A stretch of 64,000 bases of DNA, taken from positions 23,024 through 87,023 of the IMG/VR virus record IMGVR_UViG_3300011254_000489. One strand, 5' to 3'. This document shows positions 57,085 to 64,000 of the stretch, piece by piece. The position numbers were made by a program, and so were the translations under genes. The notes below the pieces were generated by a model. That model was not told the DNA's origin, did not search any database, and saw only the letters and a program-made list of their open reading frames with translations. Source of the DNA: a virus. Position 1 is the stretch's first letter. Each line of letters starts with the position of its first letter.

Positions 57085-59610
57085 ATGGCTATACAAAAAA
57101 AGGTAAGATTAGACCAAGAAGCCTTTGATTCTTTGAATCTAACAGAGGAAGAGGTAATGGATGCCTTGTCCGGTGAACCTTTACAAGAGTACGAAAGGAC
57201 GGGTACTGTTAAGGTAGCACAAAAAGGTGTTAGAGATGTACTTTTGCCTATTCTAGAAAAGAGAATACAGGACATGGGTATTGAGTCTAACGAGAAGGGT
57301 AAGTCTTTGGTTGCTCTAACAATGTCAAAGGTCACAAGTATTCTAACTGAACCTAAGTTGATTAATTACATTAAAACAACCACAGGAGAAAAGGGTGAAA
57401 CAGATGCCGAGAGAAGATTAGTATTCCAAAGGATAATTAATAAATTATACAGTGGTGTTTTATACGAAGGTAGAAAGTTACAGGTAGAGGATTTTATTAG
57501 TGACATTGATTCTACTAAGGTTTCAAGGAATCTTAAAAGAACCATTACTACTTCTACGCTAGACAAAAGAAAAAATAGACTTTTAGAAGAAGAGGATGCT
57601 GACAATTATTCTTTTTGGTTAGATGAAAATTCGGTTAATATTAAGGCAATAGAAGACGGTTTGATTGCATTTAACAATCAACAAAGTGCTAAAAGAAGAG
57701 AAGGTATTTCTCCCGTAGTAGCAATTAGAGATGACATTCTAACTTTCATGGGTTCTACTTCAAAGAAGATTTTGGATAGGAAAGATACTATTTACAACAC
57801 TTGGAAACAAATTGAAGGTAGATTTGACGGTGTTAAAAAACAATCCGAGATAGTGAAGAAACAATTTGGTTTAGAAGACAATCACCCCTTTGCTAAGGCA
57901 ACGGCTGATTTAGAAAATTATGTTGTGGAGTATTCTCCTGTTTCAGTAAAAAGAGCAAATCCCGAATTGGTTGCTCTTGATTTGTTGGATGCTTTTATGA
58001 AAAGGTCGGGAAGAAATGTTTTTGAAACGGACACTACAATTACTATGGACTCTGTAGGTGCGCCTACTGTAGTAGAAGAAAGTAGGACTGAGACTGATAA
58101 GTTAGATGAGCAGAGTCAAATAACTAGGAAGGAAATAGAAGCGGCCAACAAAGGCTTAGGGGTTGCAGTAGACCCTATTTCTAGATACTACATGAATAAA
58201 ATGTTAGGTGGTGCTTTTATGGATGGAAGAGACACTGAGCGAATTATTGACTTACTCAAAGACTATTCTAAGAGAATTACTTTTGGTAAGCGTGATTATG
58301 AAAATCTAGATAAATTTATTGCTGATATTCCCAAAATTGCCGGTGCTAGTACTGACACAGTGTTTTTACCTATTCACTTCTCAAGAGGATTCTTAGATGC
58401 AGGGGATAATAAAATGGATTCCAAGATAGACCCAATAAATAAAATATGGCGAGAGTATTTTATGGCTTTAGGTGGACTAATTGAGCAGGGCTACAGAATG
58501 CCTAAGAAAACAGTAGATACGACACAAATAGGAACCATTGGAGAAGAGGTTAAAGGTGCAGGAGCGACAAAATATCCAAATACCTATGTGGCTCAATTTC
58601 AAGGAAGGCCCATGAATTTTAAAGAAACAAGTAAAGAACAGGCAGATGCTCTAAAGGAATTATTTGTTCGCTTGGAGTTGTATATGTTTAGTCCATTATC
58701 AAATCCATTTATCACGCTAGGATATAATTTTAAAGATATTAAGAAAACCTCAAGTTACAAAATCATGTCTGTTTATGCAGATAAAAATAATGTTTTGGAA
58801 GGAGAACTAACACAGGATGAAAACAAGAATTGGGTATTCGCAGGACAACCTTTTGAAACTAAAACAGAAGCGGAAACTGCAAGGTCAAAGGGTGCAACTA
58901 ATTCCACTAAGGCTATTTCTACACTATACCAACTTCTTGATAAAAGAGGGGGTAGCATGATTACCAATAAACAAATAAAAATCATTGAAGATTTTTTAGA
59001 ATCTCTTCGGGTTAATGTTGAGGTTGAAAGTGTCAAAACACAGACTAACAAACTATACAAATTTGTAATAAGAAGACTCTACAAAAAGGCAGGTAAGGGT
59101 TTCTTAGACCGAACAAGAGAAGGTCTAGGGAGACTTGTTGCTTCTGTATTCAATAAAATTAACGAAACAGGTAGCGTAACTACACTAGGAGTAGATAGTG
59201 CAGACTTCAAAGGCGAAGACTATGATATTGATGATGTAGTGGCGTTATTGGAATTGAAAGATTTCTTAGCAGAAAACGCAGATAGGCTAAACAATAAAAA
59301 GAAAGTAGAGACACTAGTAGGAAAATTCAATCAAATATCTAAGGCTAATCCTATCAAAAATAAAATCCTGCAAGCACACGATTCCTTTAGAATATTGAAG
59401 GGCTTGCCTATCTATTACGGTAGAGGACAAACAGATTCAGTGGAAGACCTTTCTAAAATGATTGATGTTGTGTATGATAAAATGGGTATTCATATAGTCG
59501 GTAATGAGATTGTTAAGATGGTGGAAGAGATTGATTCATTCACTTCTATTGCTACCAATGTTGGCGTGACAGAAGAAGTTGTCTACTTTGTCAAGGCTAA
59601 CTTTAGGTGA
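57085..59610 (+). CDS. Large hypothetical protein (841 aa) with C-terminal HTH-like motif
   Basis: SFTSIATNVGVTEEVVY HTH-like end. Confidence 0.6.
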   Translation: MAIQKKVRLDQEAFDSLNLTEEEVMDALSGEPLQEYERTGTVKVAQKGVRDVLLPILEKRIQDMGIESNEKGKSLVALTMSKVTSILTEPKLINYIKTTTGEKGETDAERRLVFQRIINKLYSGVLYEGRKLQVEDFISDIDSTKVSRNLKRTITTSTLDKRKNRLLEEEDADNYSFWLDENSVNIKAIEDGLIAFNNQQSAKRREGISPVVAIRDDILTFMGSTSKKILDRKDTIYNTWKQIEGRFDGVKKQSEIVKKQFGLEDNHPFAKATADLENYVVEYSPVSVKRANPELVALDLLDAFMKRSGRNVFETDTTITMDSVGAPTVVEESRTETDKLDEQSQITRKEIEAANKGLGVAVDPISRYYMNKMLGGAFMDGRDTERIIDLLKDYSKRITFGKRDYENLDKFIADIPKIAGASTDTVFLPIHFSRGFLDAGDNKMDSKIDPINKIWREYFMALGGLIEQGYRMPKKTVDTTQIGTIGEEVKGAGATKYPNTYVAQFQGRPMNFKETSKEQADALKELFVRLELYMFSPLSNPFITLGYNFKDIKKTSSYKIMSVYADKNNVLEGELTQDENKNWVFAGQPFETKTEAETARSKGATNSTKAISTLYQLLDKRGGSMITNKQIKIIEDFLESLRVNVEVESVKTQTNKLYKFVIRRLYKKAGKGFLDRTREGLGRLVASVFNKINETGSVTTLGVDSADFKGEDYDIDDVVALLELKDFLAENADRLNNKKKVETLVGKFNQISKANPIKNKILQAHDSFRILKGLPIYYGRGQTDSVEDLSKMIDVVYDKMGIHIVGNEIVKMVEEIDSFTSIATNVGVTEEVVYFVKANFR

Positions 59611-59614
59611 TGTT

Positions 59615-61042
59615 GTGGAAATAAGCGCATTTAACTTAGAACATGAAATGGATATTAAATTATCCCAACAATCATTTTCTTATTTTTTTGAGCATGTGTT
59701 AGGCTTTCAAATGACCAACCATCAACTTGAATGGTTGTCTTTAATGGATGAAAGTAATCGTAATGTCATCATTTGTAGTCGTGGTCATGGTAAGTCTGTA
59801 TTCATGCACAGTTGGGTAGTTTGGAATTTAATTTTTCAACCTGCTCCATACCAAATAGTGTATATGTCTTCTAACCAAAAGCAGACAAATATGCACATGA
59901 AGTCTATTGATAAGTTATTCAACAATCCTGTTCTTTCCAAGTATAAACCTACAGGTTCTAAGGGTTGGGCCGTTGAAGAAATGAATTTGGTCAATGGTAA
60001 CTCTATTGTCGCTCGCTCTGTAAACTCACAGGTTCGTGGTCTTCACCCTCAAGAAATTATTATTGACGACCCTCTAAAGGAATTTAGTTTGGTAGGTATC
60101 CAAAAAGTTACAGATTGGTTTTTCGGAGATATGATTCCTGCTCTCCACCACACTGCTTCTCTAAGAATCATCGGCACTCCGTTTTCGTACACGGATATTT
60201 ATTCTCAATTAGAGGAAAATACTCAATACCTTGTGCGTAAGTATCCATGTTTGAATGCTCTTAATGAACCGCTTTGGCCGGAACGATGGGATTATGATTC
60301 TTTAATGAATAGAAAGGCTGAAATCGGTTCTTTAAAATTCACAAGAGAATACATGTGCGTTCCTATTTCTACAGGTACTTCTCTATTCAATCCCGAATAC
60401 TTAGAGAAAGCCAAAAATAAAGGTTTAGTTTTATCTTCCCGAAGGAGAGAAGGCTACAAATATTATGTAGGTATTGACCCTGCTATTTCTACTGATGGAG
60501 ACTACAATGTTATTACTGTTTTAGAAGTAGATGAGCATGATAATAAATCAATTGTCTATATTGACCGAGCAAAGAATGTAGAATTTAGAGAAAACATACA
60601 GAAGGTTAGATTGATAGGCAAAGTGTTCAATCCCGAAGTTGTTTTGTTTGAGACAAATGTTTTCGCTAAATCCTTTACTCAAGAGTTAAGAAATATATCG
60701 GATATAAATGTTCACGACTTCAACACTACAAGAAAGAAGAAACAAGATATTGTTTTGAATTTACAGATGAATTTTGAAAACAGTAAAATACATTTACCCT
60801 ATGGTAATGAAGAGAGTAGGCGAGTTACTACTGCTCTTATTGAGGAATTATCTATGTTTTCTATTACAGATAAGGGTAAGTTTGAGGGTGTTGGGGCGCA
60901 TGACGATATGGTTATGAGCCTTGCTTTAGCAAATGCCGCCACACAAAAGGCTAGTGAAAATTTCTTATTGTTAGACGACTTGGGCTTATTTAGCGAGAGG
61001 CCACATAACCCGTATCAAGGCATTATGGGGCTTAATTTTTAA
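59615..61042 (+). CDS. terL: Terminase large subunit
   Basis: Walker A SRGHGKS, VRG, Walker B IIIDDP, GTP coupling motif, GIDPA and HDD.V.SLALA nuclease motifs; GTG start after GGTGA. Confidence 0.92.
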   Translation: MEISAFNLEHEMDIKLSQQSFSYFFEHVLGFQMTNHQLEWLSLMDESNRNVIICSRGHGKSVFMHSWVVWNLIFQPAPYQIVYMSSNQKQTNMHMKSIDKLFNNPVLSKYKPTGSKGWAVEEMNLVNGNSIVARSVNSQVRGLHPQEIIIDDPLKEFSLVGIQKVTDWFFGDMIPALHHTASLRIIGTPFSYTDIYSQLEENTQYLVRKYPCLNALNEPLWPERWDYDSLMNRKAEIGSLKFTREYMCVPISTGTSLFNPEYLEKAKNKGLVLSSRRREGYKYYVGIDPAISTDGDYNVITVLEVDEHDNKSIVYIDRAKNVEFRENIQKVRLIGKVFNPEVVLFETNVFAKSFTQELRNISDINVHDFNTTRKKKQDIVLNLQMNFENSKIHLPYGNEESRRVTTALIEELSMFSITDKGKFEGVGAHDDMVMSLALANAATQKASENFLLLDDLGLFSERPHNPYQGIMGLNF

Positions 61043-61051
61043 GGTGATTAA

Positions 61052-63025
61052 ATGGCTATTGCAACTACTGAGGAATTACAGGAGGCTAGTGATAAACTAG
61101 AAGAAGTTGCAGAATCACAAGAGGATGCAGAAAACGATTTAGATAACTTGTTTTCTAGTTTACAGAAAGGTTTGTTTATTCAGTCGGAACATGAAATTGT
61201 TAAGCGAATATGCAAGGAGTACAATATTAATGCTAGTCAAGCCAAAAGAAACATTGAATATTTTCCTCCTAAATATCAAATGTATGAGCAAGATATACCG
61301 GCGGTCATAAAAACCCTTAGAAAAGAAAGAAGGAGTCTCAAGGGTCAATACAGGGATAGCATGACTAAGAGCATTGATTCTTTAATAGAAGGATACAGTG
61401 AGCATATTGACAAGTGCATAGATAGTTTGTATTGGTTGCATCCTTACAAAACAACATTGAAAAAGATGACCTTCAAAGAATCGGATTTGAGAAAACTACA
61501 TTCTGTAAAAGAAACAGAAGGTAGAAGAAATATTGTAGATAGTCTTTGTAAGTATTGGGAAGCAGATTTGGATAAAAGAGAAGTGAATTATGGTAGGGTT
61601 TATGCTTCTTTAGATAAAGACATGAGGCTTGCTAAAAGCGAATTTAGAAAAAACTTGAAACAGATTCCCGATGTTGTTCTTAGAAAAAACATTAAAGAAA
61701 AGACTCAAGAGTTTATTTTAAAACAAGTTTGTGACAATCAAGGAATTAGTGCTAGGCAAATACATGATAGAATGCCTTCTCAACTATATGATAGAAACTC
61801 TTGGAATACTATTTCTAAAATATCCAAAGGGCTAGATATTGTTTCTTTAGAAGGCAAGTACTACAAACTTAATGGAGAGATAAAGAAAAATATTTGGGCC
61901 TATACTGCGGCTTTTATTGATTCGGATGGATATATTACAATGGATAGGAAATACAATCCTAGAGTTGGGCTTGTTGCTACAGGGGACAGAGGTAAAGTAT
62001 TCATGCAAGAAATTCATAAGGCGATTGGTTTTGGTAAGTTGCACCTTGACCAAAAATCACCTCAAGACACTAGGCCGGTTAATCGCTTAAATTTTTATTC
62101 CCAAGATGATGTTTATAATTTATTAGTTAAGTGTCTTCCTCATTTTAGAATGAAGGGGCCAAACGCACAACTTCTTTTGGAGTTAGTTAGAATAAAGAAA
62201 GGACACAAGAAGGCTAGTTGGTATAAAGATAGATGCGGCGAAATTTTTAAGTTGATGAAGTGGGAAAATCATCGTGACCATGTAGGTTTTGATTTTGAGA
62301 AAGAAGGTATTTACAAAGACGATATTCAAAAATACAGAGATAATTGTAAAATGTCTGTTATGGATTCATTAGAACAAATTGGTGGTATGGTTCTTAAACA
62401 AAAAGAATATGACCCCAAAGAGAATTTAAAAAAATATGGGACTAAAGATAGATTGCCCGAAAGACCCCCATATCAAAAACAAACTCCTGATTTTTTAAGA
62501 AGTCAAGGATATAATATCACTGAGGTTAAGCAAAAAGAATATGGAGATTATGTCGGTAAAGATAGAGACACTTATTCTCTTGCCTTAGTTAGAGGTATTC
62601 ATGCGGGTAGTCCTACATTGTATGATGATGAAGATAATAGATTAGATAAGAACTCATATGAATACGAACAACTACTTGAAGAATTAAAAGAAGCAACTGA
62701 GGATATTTTTAATCACAGTCAAGAATTATTTGATGCTAGAGAAGATTGGGCTATGGATGGTTGGGAAACTAAAACTAGAAAAGGCCGTAAATACAAAAAA
62801 ATGATGGACTATTATGATAAAAACTATCGCCCTATTGAAGAACAAAAAGAAAGGGAATTAGAAGAAAGAGTAGAAACCGCAAAGGATTTAATGTATAATA
62901 CTTACAACATGAATAGGAATCATCCTAAAGAATTACAACTACAACAATTGAAAATGTTTATGAAAGACAAACCCAAAGAATATCAACAGATAGTTGATGA
63001 TTTAAAAGAAGCAGGTGAATTTTAA
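61052..63025 (+). CDS. Multidomain head-region protein containing an embedded LAGLIDADG endonuclease domain
   Basis: AYTAAFIDSDG.I...P...FG...LPH...K..A LAGLIDADG domain preceded by wHTH (GISARQIHDR). Confidence 0.7.
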   Translation: MAIATTEELQEASDKLEEVAESQEDAENDLDNLFSSLQKGLFIQSEHEIVKRICKEYNINASQAKRNIEYFPPKYQMYEQDIPAVIKTLRKERRSLKGQYRDSMTKSIDSLIEGYSEHIDKCIDSLYWLHPYKTTLKKMTFKESDLRKLHSVKETEGRRNIVDSLCKYWEADLDKREVNYGRVYASLDKDMRLAKSEFRKNLKQIPDVVLRKNIKEKTQEFILKQVCDNQGISARQIHDRMPSQLYDRNSWNTISKISKGLDIVSLEGKYYKLNGEIKKNIWAYTAAFIDSDGYITMDRKYNPRVGLVATGDRGKVFMQEIHKAIGFGKLHLDQKSPQDTRPVNRLNFYSQDDVYNLLVKCLPHFRMKGPNAQLLLELVRIKKGHKKASWYKDRCGEIFKLMKWENHRDHVGFDFEKEGIYKDDIQKYRDNCKMSVMDSLEQIGGMVLKQKEYDPKENLKKYGTKDRLPERPPYQKQTPDFLRSQGYNITEVKQKEYGDYVGKDRDTYSLALVRGIHAGSPTLYDDEDNRLDKNSYEYEQLLEELKEATEDIFNHSQELFDAREDWAMDGWETKTRKGRKYKKMMDYYDKNYRPIEEQKERELEERVETAKDLMYNTYNMNRNHPKELQLQQLKMFMKDKPKEYQQIVDDLKEAGEF

Positions 63026-63738
63026 TGTGGTTTGATATTCTTAAAGTAAGAGTTGGCTCTAAGGTTCAGCAGGAAATGTCTACTTTAGCAGATAAAGTAC
63101 CTATACCTAAAATGGATAAAGATTTTGACTTTAAGAAAGAATATACATATGACGAATTTATACCATTATTAGAATTCGGTAGTAGTGTTGAATACGATTT
63201 AGAAAAGGTTCTTAAAGAGTTTATGTCCGAAAAATATAGAAATGAAAATTGGACTGAAGCAGACCGTAAGGCATTTAGGAGAAGAGGTGAGATGCCTAAA
63301 CCTTTTACTTTAGAAGAAGTAAAGGACAGGATTCTTTTTAGATTTGATACTGAATCTTTTGGTGTTAAAGAAGAAAATGGTAAAACAATTATTAATGTAC
63401 CTACATTTAAAGAAGATGTTGATAATCTAGAAACAAATGCCTTAGATGAATTATATTCGGGTAAAAAGCAAACTGCTAATCAACCTAAAAAACCTAAATG
63501 GTATACTGATTATAGGGCGAGAACAGCAAAAGACCCCGATGGTTATATTTCCGAAGAGATGAGAGATAATTCACCTCACATAAATTTGGCTAGGGTTTTG
63601 GATGGGTTAAGTAAATTACCTAAAGAAAGAAAGGGTTTCCATACACCATCAAAAAACAAACTACACCCTCAATACGGTAGATTTAGAGAACTTGAAGCCC
63701 GTAATAAAAAGGTGCATAGGAGAGAGGATTTAAAATGA
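63025..63738 (+). CDS. W-tag family protein (MWFDILK)
   Basis: GGTGA RBS; shared motif. Confidence 0.65.
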   Translation: MWFDILKVRVGSKVQQEMSTLADKVPIPKMDKDFDFKKEYTYDEFIPLLEFGSSVEYDLEKVLKEFMSEKYRNENWTEADRKAFRRRGEMPKPFTLEEVKDRILFRFDTESFGVKEENGKTIINVPTFKEDVDNLETNALDELYSGKKQTANQPKKPKWYTDYRARTAKDPDGYISEEMRDNSPHINLARVLDGLSKLPKERKGFHTPSKNKLHPQYGRFRELEARNKKVHRREDLK

Positions 63739-63760
63739 CTCGTAGTCAAAGGAGAGGTCT

Positions 63761-64000
63761 ATGATGTGGTTTGAAGAATTGAAGAAAGAGAAGGATGCCT
63801 GTTATCATAAGGTAAAGTCCCGCTACAAAAAGTGGCCTTCTGCTTATGCTTCGGGTGCTTTGGTTCAATGCAGAAAAGTTGGTGCAAAGAATTGGGGTAA
63901 TTCTGTAAAGAAGGCTAATCCTTTGAAAACATGGTTTGAACAAGAAGCCGAAGGTGAAGAAGGACAACCAAAGGTAAAGGGTTGGGTTTCTTGTCAATCA
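63761..64000 (+). CDS. W-tag family protein, partial (MMWFEELKK), with DACYHKVK.RY..WPSAYASGALV.CRK domain
   Basis: GGAGAGG RBS; frame open to window end; domain recognised from marine T4-like phage hypothetical proteins. Confidence 0.7.
   Translation, partial: MMWFEELKKEKDACYHKVKSRYKKWPSAYASGALVQCRKVGAKNWGNSVKKANPLKTWFEQEAEGEEGQPKVKGWVSCQS

Noticed and set aside
55499-59610. Virion RNA polymerase subunits
   Set aside because: No DxDGD or other polymerase catalytic motif found by eye
63746-63997. Minus-strand 83-aa ORF at window end
   Set aside because: Antisense to a plus-strand tagged ORF that has an RBS and a recognisable domain
1-64000. Alternative genetic code with TGA = Trp, prompted by the in-frame TGA at 49886
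   Set aside because: Many genes clearly end in TGA with ATGA overlaps and Trp is encoded by TGG throughout

Overview
A 64-kb segment of a tailed archaeal dsDNA virus. It is most consistent with a magrovirus (virus of Marine Group II Poseidoniales), judged from archaeal GGTGA/GGAGG ribosome-binding sites and an archaeal-type replisome. Layout: (1) 1-9.9 kb (+): end of the tail module (LamG, 2104-aa hub/tail-tip protein, tail fibre) followed by an HMG-CoA lyase. (2) 9.9-42.9 kb (-): one long replication/host-takeover block with DEDD exonuclease, MCM-like ATPase, XPF, PriS-PriL fusion, Cas4-like nuclease, split PolB, PCNA, Sak4-like ATPase, SSB, RFC, ATP ligase, GroEL/GroES, JAB + E1 + TFB + ubiquitin-like protein, two tRNAs, DenV-like glycosylase and UvrD. 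(3) 42.9-47.4 kb: an AT-rich origin-like region, then small transcription units bounded by a repeated ACCATATGGT palindrome. (4) 47.4-64 kb (+): packaging region (TerS candidate, TerL) packed with about 15 unrelated ORFs sharing an N-terminal M-x-W-x-x-I-L-K tag. Main candidates for undescribed systems: a virus-encoded ubiquitin-like conjugation/deconjugation module, a tag-plus-cassette array of putative capsid-loaded cargo proteins, palindrome-delimited early gene units with 5'/3' complementary UTRs, and a two-copy covarying RNA motif. All calls come from motif recognition by eye; no database search was run.
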